DNA of 64,000 nt from Lama glama. Its lineage: Eukaryota. Position numbers and translations under genes: made by a program. Below the pieces are notes generated by a model, which was given only the letters and a program-made list of their open reading frames with translations, did no database searches and was not told the DNA's origin. The stretch's first letter is position 1; the number at the start of each line of letters is the position of its first letter. Where the stretch lies: NCBI GenBank assembly GCA_028534125.1, contig CM052842.1:12276001-12340000 (forward strand), in the 5' to 3' direction. Below are positions 1 to 12,885 of this stretch, in pieces.

Positions 1-250
1 ATTTTCTTCTAGAACTTTTAAAGTTCTACTTTTCATACTTAGGTACTAATCCACTTAGAACTATTTATATACTGATGTAAGGTAGGGGTCCAGTATAATT
101 TTTCTCCTCATGAATAACTAAAGGATTACTAATTGAGTAGTCTACATTTACCTGAATTCCACCTCTGAAACACATAGTTTGTCTGTTTACATGAGTGGTC
201 TGTTTCTGGGCTTTCTATTCTGTGCTATTTATTGGTCTATGTGTCCATCT

Positions 251-495
251 CAGTAGTTCTCAACCAGGATCAGATTCTGCACGCCTAAACCCAACCTCCC
301 CATCATTTGGCAATTATCTAGAGACATTTTTGGCAGTCACAACTCAGGAAAGGGGAGTGCTACTCTATTTAATTGGTACAGGACAGGGATGCTACTAAAA
401 ATCCTACAATTTACAGAACGGCCCCACCCCCCAAAATCCAACAAAGAATTATCCCATCCAAAATGTCAATGGTTTCTCTCTCTGCAGAGAATCCC
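251..495 (+). mobile_element. MER20-like hAT-Charlie DNA transposon fossil
   Basis: Begins CAGTAGTTCTCAACC and contains 'catttggcaattatctagagacatttttggcagtcacaact' and 'caacaaagaattatcccatccaaaatgtcaat', matching the remembered MER20 consensus. Confidence 0.75.
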
Positions 496-2800
496 AAGGG
501 TACCACTATGCAGTCAGAATTACTACTGCTTCACTTTGTTTTTTACACTTTACAGGTTTTCTGAGTTCTTTCTACATCACCAAAGATAACTATCTCATTC
601 TTTTCAACAACTTTACTGCATGGCTGAACCCAATACAATGAACAGATCCCTTTTAATAGACATTTAGATTAACAACTTGTTTTTGTTTTGTTATTACCAA
701 CAATGCTGCAATGAATATTCTTGCCCATAGTTTTTGTACTTTATCTTTAGGCCAAATTCTCAAAACTGGAATTGTGAGTCAAAAATATATGATGAACTTC
801 AGATGATAGTGCCAAACGGCTTTCCAAAAAGGAACGGCCTACCAAAATTGTTTAACTTCACCTAGTTTCCCATACCTTTGCCAAACCCGTTTTAATTCAA
901 ACTCTGAACACTTCACCAATCTCATTTCCACTTCAATGAGTTATCATTATATGAATAATACTATTAAAACAAACGCCTATGCTTGCATTTTCTGCCTCGG
1001 ATTTAGATTTGCTAATTCAGCATTATGCTGCCCTGGGTTGCATTTCATTTAGCATTTAACACCTCCTAAAAATAGTTTAATATTCTTAAATATTATATAT
1101 ATTATGATATGATTCATTTGAATCTCCAAAATTAGATGCTTTATATTCTGACCTGCTAAAATTCTCTTAGTTTGATATCAAAGTATACTAGTAACAGTTT
1201 TTTGTAGAAGCAGAAGTAAATTCTTCAGACACTATATATAAAATTAGATGCAGACAAAATTTCCATTTTTACAATTCCATTTAAAAGAAAAAGGTGATAC
1301 TGACAATTCTGTGATTTATATACAGCAGTACAGAGGAGTCTACAACTACAAAAAGCTAATCAGGTAGAACAACTGATTTCAACTATCCTTTGGTATCTTT
1401 TACACACAAACCTGTCATTTGCTATAACAAATAAGATGCTTCATTGAATGGTCTTCAAATATTTAAAGACACTTGTTTTTATTCAGGGTAAATTTTTTTT
1501 TTAACCACCAAAACCAGTTTTCAACAATTTTATTACTCTTACAAATGCGAAAAATGAGCATAATTACACTGGCATAAAATGAGGAGCAGTCAAGCGTTGA
1601 AAAACATTTTGTATTTCTCATAAAATCTGACCCAGAGAATAGTCTGGGATCCAAATTGTCAAATAACACCAACATTTTGCTGATGACTTCCAAAAACCGA
1701 AATATCTGTAACACAGTATAGTCTTAATTGAAGTATTAAAAACAAATTAAAGGTATCATGTTTACTAATAGATAACAATTAAATAGCCCTTACTAGGTTC
1801 CAGGTACTGTTGTAAGAGCTTACTACCCTAATTCATTTATTGCTCTTAACACCCTAGGAGAGAGATTCACCATATAGTCCATCTTTTAAAAGGTAAAGAT
1901 AAGAAAAGGGAGGCACAGAGCAGGTAAGTAACTTGCTCAATGTTACATTCTTCTTTAACCTGCGAAATACAAACGTCCAGGATTTACTACAAAAATAAGC
2001 AGCATGGATAGTACAAGGAAAATACGAGACTGCTTTATTCAGTGTTCTTAAACTACAAGTTACTTAATTAAGGAAAATGCTCCTTTAAAGCTCAACTCTG
2101 AGAGTACTGCACTGAAGTACGGGCTCTCAGAGGTTCTGTAGTGACAGGTCATTAAGAACATTCAAGGCACTGGCTACACTACTGGCAGAATGAGTATATG
2201 AATCCTCTCAAACACAGCTCATTTTTTCAGAGTGGGGGGTGCCTTCACCATGGCCTCCTCTCAAAGCAGAATTGAAGAAAGCCCCTCCTCCCACCCTCAG
2301 GTCCCTGTTACATTTGGTTATTTAGTGCCCGAAACAGCACTTGCTTATCCCAAATTTGATAAAGTTCCCTAGAAGTCTGTTAGCTTCTACTCTCTAGAAA
2401 GCTCTCTCTTGTCCTGTGAGCTTGAGGAATAGAAACGATCAGTTTTCTCCATTTCTCAGTCTTCCCATTCCAGGAACAGCACAGGTCTTGCCTGTAAGCA
2501 TATCATCAATTAACGTGAACAGGTACGGGAAGGAGGGGCTGGCAGGCTATCAGGCTCAGCTGGGACCACCTTTCCATAAGCAACTGCCTGTTAATTTATA
2601 ATCATGATGAGTGACTTCTAACTGGCAATTATAAAATGCCTTCCCAGCAGGTCCTCATTCTTACTAATTTCACTGTAATAATATTTGACTAAGCTCACTT
2701 TAACCCACAAGTATCAGAACTAAACAAAATATATTAAATATACAAATATATATATAACAAAATATATAAAATATATACAAAACATTAAAGCTAGCCAATA

Positions 2801-2878
2801 CTTTTTTAATTGAGGTATAATTGGCATAAACATTATTCTGAGGTGTGCAACATAACGATTCACTATTTGTGTACACTG
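2801..2878 (-). mobile_element. Short L1 3'-end fragment
   Basis: 'ttttttaattgaggtataattggcataaacattattctgaggtgtgcaacataacgattc' is the reverse complement of a typical L1 3' terminus. Confidence 0.6.
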
Positions 2879-4239
2879 GAAAGCACACAGCTCCATTTTG
2901 CCACAAATAATGAGGGCATTACTTGTTGCAGCGGTAAGCAGGAATGGCTGGGATTAAGTAGCTGGTGGGTTACTGAAAAGCCTTGTGCTAAAGAACATCA
3001 TGCTCACATCTGTTACTTTTAAGATCTACAATACGATCATTACTATACCATTCTGTATCTGGACTGCAGCTGTACTGAGGAGGAAAATGAACCACGCCTG
3101 ATGTCAGGAGATTGTTAAGCCTAGGCGCTGGCAACCAATTACTTGCTGTGTATCAAAAGCAAAACACTTAACCTCTACGACCCTCAGTTTCCTCATTTAT
3201 AAAAGGAGAATACCACCACCCACCTTCCTGTGAGGGATTTTTGAAGGTTAGGTTAGATAATACCAGTGAAAATGCACTGCAGAAGTCCAGCACCGAACAA
3301 ATGTAAAGTGTTACTTACTGCTAAAAGCAAAACTCGACATTACCATTTTTTTTTTCAAAGTACGACTAAAGCAGCAACAGATGACTAATTCAGAAAGGCT
3401 TGGTAAGAATCTCACCATCAGCCCGTCTTCTACTTCAAAAGCACTAACCCACTAAAAACCGATCAGAAGAACTACCTCATCAACAAAATTTGTCAAGTTC
3501 TAATAACTTAAAAAAATCCTTCTACGCATAAATGTTTCTCACTAGAGTAATGCAAGAAAAGATAGAGTGAAGTATGTTTTTAGCACTCCAATCATATGCA
3601 GCGAAGACCCTGATTTTCATACGTCGCACCACTTTCTAGCCACGTTTTTATAACCATCAATATCTTCTCTATTTATGGAAAATTTTAGGACTTATAATCT
3701 TCATGAGGATTTTTGGTAATGGTTTCAAGGCCTGATATTCGAAATCTTATCTCTTTCGTTCGGATGTCATTTAAATGACAGTATACGAGTACTCTGCATT
3801 TTGCAAAGGGGGAAACTGAGGCCCAGGCCTGGGCACAAGAGCCCAAGGTCATACACGGAGAGATCCGGACAAGAGTTGCTGTTTTTCCAAGGCTGTCGCA
3901 TAAGGACGCGGTAAGACAGCACTCATTCCCCAAGAGAAACAGCAGACACAGAGCCGCGGGCTCACACACCAGTGCTTCCTCCCCCGCCCTCACTCAGAGG
4001 CAAAAAAAATGAACAGGGGGCAGACTCGCTGGCAGGACCGCTCCGCTGTCAACTCTGAGACAAGTGTCATCTCCTCCCCCGCGCCTAGCCCGCAAGAACG
4101 CCTCGGTGGGGGTGGGTAGGGGGGAAGAAACTGGTTCCTAATACACACACACCACGGCCTGCGCGCGGCCGCCAGCTCCCTGCGGCACGTCTCCGTCCAC
4201 AGAGCCGTCCCCCGACGCTGGCTACCCCGTCCCTCTTAC

Positions 4240-4420
4240 CAAGGAGCCGGAGGAAGATCTGGAGCCCGATGCAGAATCCGCTTTGGCTNNNNNNNNNNNN
4301 NNNNNNNNNNNNNNNNNNNNNNNNNNNNNNNNNNNNNNNNNNNNNNNNNNNNNNNNNNNNNNNNNNNNNNNNNNNNNNNNNNNNNNNNNNNNNNNNNNNN
4401 NNNNNNNNNNNNNNNNNNNN
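4240..4420 (-). CDS. RNF139: RNF139/TRC8 sterol-sensing ER RING E3 ubiquitin ligase, coding exon 1 (only 4240-4288 visible; start codon presumably in N-gap 4289-4420)
   Basis: Visible minus-strand frame SQSGFCIGLQIFLRLL-G matches remembered human RNF139 residues 45-61 (SQSRFCIVLQIFLRLFG). It ends at a canonical phase-1 donor CTTG|GTAAGA (GT at 4239-4238). Synteny with TRMT12 and TMEM65 agrees. The upper coordinate is inferred. Confidence 0.88.
4289..4420. other. Assembly gap (132 N)
   Basis: Run of N. Confidence 1.
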
Positions 4421-5506
4421 GAGCCGCTGCCACACCGGGGCTGGGCGGGCCGGGCAGGGCCGCGCGGGGCAGGGCCCGGGACAGCGGCCGGGGGCGGAGG
4501 CGAAGGCGGGCGGCTCCGCCCCCGCCCTTCCTCCTCTCGTGTCTCGCTCACGGCCCGCCCCGCCGCCCGCTCGCGTCTCTCGAGCTGGAGCAGGCGGCGG
4601 AGGCGGTGGCTGAGGCAGCAGCGGCGGCTCCGGGGAGGCTTCTGGGTGTCGGTGTTTCCGGCAGGCTATGGTCTGGCTCCTCCTCCCTCTACCGCCTCCC
4701 CCGCCCGCGAAGCCACCATCTTGACCTCGCCCGCCCGCCTCTGCCGTTGCTGCTGTTGCCAGGCCGGGAGGCTGCGCCCGCGGTCACGCGAGACCGTGGA
4801 GCCCGCGCGCTGACGCCCGCGTCATAATCTGGCGTTGGGAGCGCTTCCCATGCGGTCATCACGCTCGGCGTAGCAAACGTCCCTGAGCGTTGCCATGGTG
4901 TCCGCCCACCTCCGCGGTCCGATCCGCCTTCGCGGCTTTGGCGCCACCCGGTGGCGCAGGCGCTCTTGGGCGGCCGCGCCCTTTGGCCTCAGGGTGGCCG
5001 CCTCACCGGGGACGGTGTTGGCTTAGTGAGGAACTCCCTACTTCCGGGGGCGGGAATTATTAGCTGCTTTTTCAGAGCCCATTAAACGTCCCATAAATGT
5101 GATTCAGCGCTGCTCGAGAGGAGGAAAGCTAAAGCGCGTCGCCCGCCAGACCTACCCCACCCAACCCGGAGGCCTGGTCGGGGAAGATACTGCCAGGGCG
5201 CCTGGGCACCTGTTGGAGGGAAGGCTGCGTACGTTTTTTGGAGCGGCTGGTTCGTGGAATTGGGCTGGGTGTGGTAGGCGCTACCGAGAAAAAGATCCTT
5301 CCCATCCCTTTGCGCATCACTCTTCCTGCCTCCTACCTGATTGGGCAGAAGTGCGGACACTCCTGGCCACATTTTACTAATGTCAAGGGCTCCTGTGACT
5401 TAAGGACCAGAATTTTGGCCTCTGTCTGTGTTGCTTATCTTTGAAGTAAGCACGCCAGGCAGTCCTTTCTTTGTCACAGTAGAAGAGGCCGTACATCCTA
5501 TGTTTG

Positions 5507-6036
5507 TGTAGGGGATCAGAACATGCCTCCCCAAAATATGCCACTTTGACATAATTATTTTGAGCTGAAGACAGTTGAGAAACAGCAGGAATAAACAAAA
5601 AGTGCTTCATCTCAACACTCCCCCTCCCTTCCCATTTGCCTAAAAATCCAGCATGAATTTCCGTTTGTAAAGGTGTCTCCCCTACCAAGAGGACAACTCT
5701 TGGACTGGATCACCCCCCAAATAGTACTGAACGAATCCTTATCTTCCGTTAGTTTCCCCCATATATTTACTTTCCCAGTTTGCCACCCCTAAAAGCCTAA
5801 ACCCCTTCTCCTTTGTCTTGTCATTTATCTACAAATGCATTGTTCCTTGTTAATATGCTATAGGAGCCCCAAACTGTAGCCACCTCTTGGAGTTAGTCAT
5901 CACTAGTTTCTCCCAGACATATGTGCACCACATGAGCTAATAAGCTCTGTTTTTCTCTTGTTAATCTTTTGTCAGTTTAGTTCAGAGCCAGAGCCACAAA
6001 ACCTAGGAAGGAAAAGACTTTTGTCCCTCCTCTACA
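5507..6036 (+). mobile_element. MER34/MER39-like ERV1 solo LTR
   Basis: Starts TGTAGGGGATCAGAACATGCCTCCCCAAAATATGCCACTTTG and ends ...CCTCCTCTACA (TG...CA termini); resembles the MER34 family. Confidence 0.75.
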
Positions 6037-6612
6037 CTTTTTTGCCTATCCATGTAATTAATATAATCTGGCTATCCTTATCTTTATGTTCCTTAACCAG
6101 CAAGAGTTTAAGTTAGGCCAGAGTCTGCACTGTAGACCAAGCCATTTTAGATTAAGGGCGATGAAATAGAACTTGGCTCACTTAGGCTCCTAGTCCAAAT
6201 TGCACTCTGCAACCCAGTGTTTATCAGGGGTTCTATATGGGTGCTTATGGGCTCTTTTTTGGGTCCTCCATCAGTGAGCCCTCTGGAGGGAGGAGAACTA
6301 TAAAACTCCAACACCCCTTTCTCTGGGTGGAGGACTGTGTTGATTGAACCCACACCCAGACTCCTGACACTAGTCTCTGGTTTTAACCTTCTTTTGTTAT
6401 CCCCCACTAATAATGACTGCCATCTATGTAGTGCTTACTGTGTACTAGGCTACTGTGTATTGTGCTAAGGGTTATACTTTACTGAAATCTTTGCATCAGC
6501 TTCACTTTGATAGGTTTTATCTATTTCTAAGAGGAAACTGAGGCTTAGATAAGTTGTCAAAACCACAAAATTGGTAAGTAAATAAAGTGGTGGGTGGCCA
6601 GCATGGCCATAG

Positions 6613-7032
6613 TGAAGGAGTGGGAAACAAACTGACCAGCTGACTTCCCTAATGCTAAAACTGTTTGCTGATTCATTCTTCACTGAGAAGAACTTTAACC
6701 CAGAGGCTGCGCTCCCGGAAGGAGATAATAGGCTGATAATCTCAGAAGAATAGACACATCCCCCAGAGTTCCTCGTGCAGATTCATTGAGGTTAAGAGGA
6801 ATGTAGCAGCCTGAAAAACGCCCTAATTGTTATTACCTGTTCTGTTCCATCCAGTTTTTCTATGAAACCTCAAGACCGCAACCCCAAGATGGGCCAGAGT
6901 CTTCAAGGCATTAGCCTGCTATGCTCCCTTTGCCTGGCAAAGCCATAAAGCTGCTCTTTTCTATCCTCCCAAAACACTGCCTCCAAGTCTCAATTCAGCT
7001 ATCAGGGAACAGAGGCTGGTTTTTTGGCAACA
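6613..7032 (+). mobile_element. ERV1-type solo LTR inserted into a MIR
   Basis: TGAAGGAG...TGGCAACA termini, near-TSD ATAG/ACAG, MIR-like sequence on both sides (about 6410-6610 and 7033-7100). The 3' part is similar to the LTR at 31439-32036. Confidence 0.7.
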
Positions 7033-9095
7033 ACAGCTAGCAAGAGTTGCACCTAAGATTCAAACCCAGGGCTACTTGAAGCTTAAAACCCCAGGCATCT
7101 TTGCTTCCTTCCCCTTTTCACCAACAATCTGCAGTCAAATCTCACCCATTCTTTCTTGATGGTCTCTTATACCCCTCTCCTTTCTGTTGTCACCGTCACC
7201 ATCCCAACCCAAGATTCTACTGTAGCTTCCCGATTTATGGCACCGTGGCCACCACTTTTTCTATTCCAGTCTGTTTACTTCTGTAGGGTTAATTTTCCTG
7301 AACAGCACATCTGGGGAGTAACCTTGTGGTTTTGACAAAATTCCCAAAGGAAAGCAAACTTGGTAAAATGAGAGAACTATGAAGACTTATATAGAGAACC
7401 TCAGAGATGTGAGTTAGCTAGTCAACCTACCAGTATTCTGCCCTGATTGCAATTTAAAGCAAAATGAGGAATGCTAGTATGGAGAAAGGTTTCCACAGGG
7501 CTAATCTAAAACAGTGTGGAAGAGGAGACAGGAGGTGAGAACCATTATATTTTGACCATGCAAAATGAAGAATAAAATAGTTCATGGGTCCTCCAATTTT
7601 TATCTAAAAAGTTAAATGTGGCAAAAATTAAATAAGATTTTTTAAAGGAACAAATGGTCAGTCTCATTAACAGTCTCTGTTCTTAATTTGATGCACAAAT
7701 TTTATTAGTATAAGAATTTCTAATTAAAACTAAATCCCACCTTGGGCCCAGAATTTCAGTAGTGGTGGCACAGTCATTTTTATCTTACTCACACATGACT
7801 TCAAGCAAGTCTCTAAAATTTAAACCCCCTGGGTCTCTCTTTTCCCCATCTATAAAATGAAGGTCTGAAAAAGATCCTGGAAAGTACTTTAAAATATTAC
7901 CTTAAAACCAAATTTATATTAATGAGGTTGTTTTTAGAATGCTTTTAGGAATTTTTATATGAAAAGTTTTCAAAGGGATAGCTGCAGTTCCCTGAATCTA
8001 ATCTCTTTGGCTTCTACATTGATTTGAATATTGCACAACTCAGGTACATACTAAAGTCTACCCAGAGCAGTACGTGGAGTGTGTGTGTGTATTCATAAAT
8101 AATCGATGTTCAAAAATAACAGTTTGTTCATTTGGCTTTAATGGCTCAGAAACCTTTTAATAGTTGTAAAAAGCCTTTAGATGTGGAATGTGTAAGGACC
8201 AGTTTGAATTCTCTACTGATATTTGCATCGGCCAACTCTGTTACATGCGACAGCAACTGATTCTGGGCTATCTTATGCAAAAAGGGAATTTATTAGAGGA
8301 TTATCTGAATTATTCTTCAAGATTTCAAGTTCCAAGAGTGACTATGCACTTGGTCAAGCTTACTGACTTGTGTATCTGTACCCTAGCTGTACCAGAGGGC
8401 AGTACAAGCAGCCTCCTTAGTGGAAGGAAGCAGGAGGAAACAAGCACTTGAATTACCCACCTCACCCATCCCCACCAATGTATTATGTATTTCCTTCAAG
8501 TGGAAGATGGGGATGCTGGTAGGAAGCACAGGGACTGGTAGGCCCCCCCGCCACCCCCAAGGCATTAACACATACTATTTCAGGCCTTGGAAATTACTAT
8601 CTCTGATCCTAAATTACTTCATAGTTTTTATCTCATTAAAGTAAATTTCAGGTATGCTCATCAAAATACAGCTATTTGAATTTTCTGGTTTTGTAAATGC
8701 CAAATGAATAGGAAGATTCTGTTGTTGTTTAGTTAACAAAGGAAACATCAGAGAATATAGTGGCATTTGGAGTCAATGTGGCATACATATTGACTGACTT
8801 TGGCTCACTTATTCATTCAACAGACATTTATTGAGCACTTTCTATATGCTTGGCATTATGCTTGCCCACTTGTGCTGCTTACTAGTTCTCTGTCTCTAGA
8901 CAAATTACTTAAACTCTCTAGTCTTCAGTATCCTCATCTGGGAAAAAGAAAAAAAGCAAATTAATAATGTCAGATTAAGATATAAAATACATTAAGATAT
9001 ACTATCCAATTTAATCCCCTGTTAGGAACCAGCCCTCTAGACTCACAAAGTTGTGGGGATGGGAAGCACGTGGGTCAGTGGAGACAGTAAGTAGG

Positions 9096-9544
9096 TGTAT
9101 TAATTTCCTATTGCTGCTATAACAAATTACCACAAATTTCATGGTTCAAAACAACACAAATTTATTCTCTTACATCATGGAAATCAAGAATCTAAAATTG
9201 AGGTGTCAACAAGGCTGTGTTCCTCCTGAAGGCTTTGGGAGAGAATCCATTTCTTTGCCTTTTTCTATTTCTAGAGGCTGCCTACCGTTGGCTTATGGTC
9301 CCTTCCTTACATCACTCCAACCTCCTACTTCAGTCATCACATCTCCTGCTACTTGCTCCCACCTCCCTCTTATAAGGACCTCTGAGATTATATTGGGCCC
9401 ACCTAGATCATCCATGATACCCTCCCCATCTGGAGATCCTTAACTTAATCTGACAAATCCCTTTTACCATGTAAGGTAATATATTCACAGATTCTGGGGA
9501 TTAGGACATGGACATAATTGGGGCCCATTATTTAGCCCACCACA
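9096..9544 (-). mobile_element. MLT1 (MaLR) LTR, MLT1C-like
   Basis: 'tgtattaatttcctattgctgctataacaaattaccacaaa...ggggcccattatttagcccaccaca' is a typical reverse-complement MLT1 LTR. Confidence 0.85.
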
Positions 9545-9549
9545 GACTT

Positions 9550-11520
9550 GCAGCATTTTCTATCTATAGTGGATGTGGCACTATGTGATGTGTTTTTTAG
9601 CATGTATACTGAGTCTTGGTGGACAGCATTGTCTTCACAGGGTATCATCTCCAAGCTCTTGTTTCAGTTCCAAAGGTTTTTCCACCACTCCATTGGGCCA
9701 GCATTTCCAAGGTTCTGTAGTATGTGATAGGACTGGTGAATTCCAATGGTCACGTGCTCACTGAAACACCTCTTTTGCAGCAAAGTGGGTCCCCAGGTCA
9801 AAGGCAATATTATGCAGGATACATACCGATGGACACTTGTAAACCCTGCAATAAGTAGTCTGGCTAACATCTTGTGGGCAGGAAAGGCAGACTCATACCT
9901 GGAGATGGGAAGATTCTAGTCAAGGTGAATCACTGTCCTTCCAGGATAGGAGTCCAGTGTAATCAACTTGATACCACGTAGCTGCTCAATTTCCTTGAGG
10001 GATGATGTTGTATCAAGGGCTCAGTGTTGAACATGACGGAGTGGCCACTTGGTGAGTGGAAGCCACACTGTTGGCCTCTTGCTAACCCGCACCCCTGCAA
10101 CATGACTACATGACGAGCCCATCATGCCAGTCCTGGGAGAGCTGATGACTGTGGTCGCTGAAGTTAACTGGCTGGGGCTCTTTGTTCACTTGATATTGAG
10201 CGCCTCTTCCATGGTGGATGTCCCTGGTAGGCACTGTCATGCAGCGCAAAGTTCTTTACTCGGTGCCCAATCCCATAGATTTCTCCCCTGCTTCTTCTCT
10301 AGGTTACCTTGTTCCTCATCTTCTCATCTTTCTCATTCCAGGCCCCGACCATCTAGACAACCTATTTGCCACTTGCCAAAAAGCTATATTCTTACTTTCA
10401 GGCCACTTTCCTTTCCACACAAGGTGGACAACCAGGAAGACTGCCCCAAGTTCCGCCTGTTCAGAGAACTCCCGTCTTTTAACAGCACTCCCGACTCAGG
10501 CTGAAGGACAGCAGCAGTCTGTTGTGTTTCGAACCCATATTCCAGCAAAACCCATCAGTGAACTGAGCCTGGGCTTTTTGTCCTCCATCAGTTAGACATC
10601 AGAGCTGAGGGAGGGATCTTGGGGTGAGTTGTGAGTTTGACACATGCCTGTGCAACTGTTCATTTCCTCTGGCCCTGCTTGTCACCGATCCCAGACGTAC
10701 CACTTCCATCTTATGATGGACTGACTTGGTGGGTCTGACAAAACCTAGCTCATGATGAGCAACTCAGGCTAACGTCCCACGAGAGGCTCCGTTCTTACCA
10801 AGGCTCGTTGGCACGCAAGGAGCCACTTTTGAGTGACTTGCAGTCCTCCGCAGCGGCTGCCCTGGCCTTGCTGCAGAACCTAGACGTCTACCTTGGGATT
10901 CTCCTGCTGGACCTTGCATAGGCTCCTAGGGCCACTTCGCTTATCAAGACTGCCTCACCCCGTAGAATCTCCTGGACCGAACGGTCCACATAGCAAGGTT
11001 AGTCACACTGCAGCCTGAACCTGCTACAGAGCCTTTAGAGCCAAGTGAAAACCGGCAGCCTTCTGTCACCCAGTGTATGAGCCAGGGCAGCATTCCCGGT
11101 TCTGAATATCCCCCACAAAGAAGCCTGGAGCTAGATGTGCTTCTTTGGTGGCAAAATAATACTGATAAAATAAATGTGGAAAAAATATCTCTATTATGAG
11201 TGCGGCATCTTGACATGCAAGCAGACCACTCCCTAAAAATTTCACTGATAGAAAAGTTTTCTGGTTCTTATTAGTGATCATTTCCGATCCTTGGGAGTAC
11301 AGTGTGCTGGCTACTTACTGTTTATCTGGCCCAAGTACTGTGATGTCATGAATGTAACAGGTCAGGGCGGCGTTCTGTGGAATGTTCACATGGTCTAGAC
11401 CTCTTCAGAGTATATTACGATGGAGACTGGGAGAGGGCTGTTGTCTGTCCTGTGTGAATGCAAACTGCTTCTGATCCCACGCCGTCAGGACCCAGTTCCA
11501 CGGACTCTCACGGCTCCTGG
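9550..11520 (-). mobile_element. Decayed ERV-L class internal region (pol: RT and RNase H remnants)
   Basis: Minus-strand peptides QKQFAFT, YIHDI (from YIDDI), SVKFLG, WKWYVWDR and QAELGAVFLVVHLVWKGKWPE match ERV-L pol motifs; there are many stops and frameshifts. Confidence 0.8.
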
Positions 11521-12169
11521 TGGTACAGAGGTCAGGTCCTGTGTCTCCTCTGGCAAATAAGCCCACCTGAAGGTGGTGAAAGTAGACACACAACGTGAGG
11601 GGAAGGAGCTGCGGGACAGCTGCTTCAGGATGGTGCTGTGTGCAACAGCTGCTTTTTTCATAAAGTTCTGTTACTTTTATTTGAGTTTTGAAACTGTGAG
11701 TATGCATAGCTGTAATTTAAAAAAATTCAATTACTAAAAAGAAAAAAGGAGAGCGCAGGAGAAGCTAGGACAGGCTGTCTATCCATCTACATCTATCTAC
11801 CTAACGTGTGTGTGCTATACCAAAATCCAGTTTAAGCTTCATATTCAATATTTCCTACTTACCTTTGATTCACCCTTGACCTTGAAAAACCCAAGGAGAC
11901 AAATTTCTCAAAATTACCTATTTTCTTACTATTTTTGGCCTTCTGAAATTGTGTGTGACTGTTGGTCAAGAAATCTTGCAGGTTATTATCACACTTAATC
12001 AGAAAGATTTCACTGTATTTATTGCTAATATTTTAATATTCACTTTATAATATGGGTAAGCATTCTAAACATACTTATAGCATCAAATTCTTATGTGCTT
12101 TCTATGTTGAAACATGTCAACTGAAGTACGTATGTATATTTATTATTGCTAGAGTGAATCTTTTCAGTA

Positions 12170-12885
12170 ATAATCATTGTGAAAACTAGTAATGTATGCA
12201 CAAAACAATTATTATAAATCTTTAAATAGTTTATAAAAAACTAGACAAAATGTATGAAACAACAGCCCTCAAGGCAGTAGACAGCAGCTATGAAGGGCAA
12301 CGGTCCATGAGAGATGGAAAAGAAAAGAGCCATACAACGGCTCCAACTCACTGCCTGGAGTTTTCCGGGCTGTGGCGGGAGGTGGGAATGGAGGCCAGCA
12401 GACTCCCTGAGGTGAGGAGATGGGACTGGGAGTCCTGGGAGCCCCCGTACCTAGAGTTCACAGGGCAGGATGCCAGAAGGGAGAGAGCCACACACACAGA
12501 GAGAACTCCAGGGATCTGCTGACCACTGCCCGCAAGTATTCAGCTGACTAATGATCAGCACGCGTGACAGGAAACTACCAAGGGCCAAGAAAAGAACCAT
12601 CCAAAGAGATTATAGGAAACAATACTCAGCGCTCACACAGGCTGGCGAATAATTCCTGTGTCTACCAGCAAGAGTAGGAAATCTCGTAATTCACAAGGCA
12701 TCGGTACGAGAGCTAAGGAAGGTCTTGCTTCAGTAGTGGAAAAAAATTAATCCTAGACTAAGTGCTGCTCTAACAAATGCTTTTTTAAAAGCAAGACTCA
12801 AGAGGATCAAACTGTTTCCAAGTAATGACTATATTCCAGAACAAAACACAAACATGTTTTGAGAAATATGAAAATAACTGTAATC
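12170..12885 (+). mobile_element. Old L1 (L1M-type) 5' region fragment
   Basis: 'cactgcctggagttttccgggctgtggcgggaggtggga' and 'aagaggatcaaactgtttccaagtaa' resemble ancient L1M 5' sequences. Confidence 0.5.

Larger units (their letters stand above)
3890..5300. promoter_or_regulatory. RNF139: CpG island / promoter of RNF139 (probably bidirectional)
   Basis: Very GC- and CpG-rich stretch around RNF139 exon 1. Contains GC boxes, RFX-like GTTGCCATGGTGTC (4889-4902), TCACGCGAGA (4784-4793) and CTTCCGG (5041-5047). Confidence 0.9.

Noticed and set aside
4231-4240. Identical G|GTAAGAGGG donors in RNF139 and TMEM65 exon 1
   Set aside because: Expected from the donor consensus plus common intronic G-runs; no further homology.
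4222-4827. Several long ORFs across the RNF139 CpG island
   Set aside because: Products of stop-poor GC-rich DNA and the N-gap; only the SQSGFCIG frame matches a protein.
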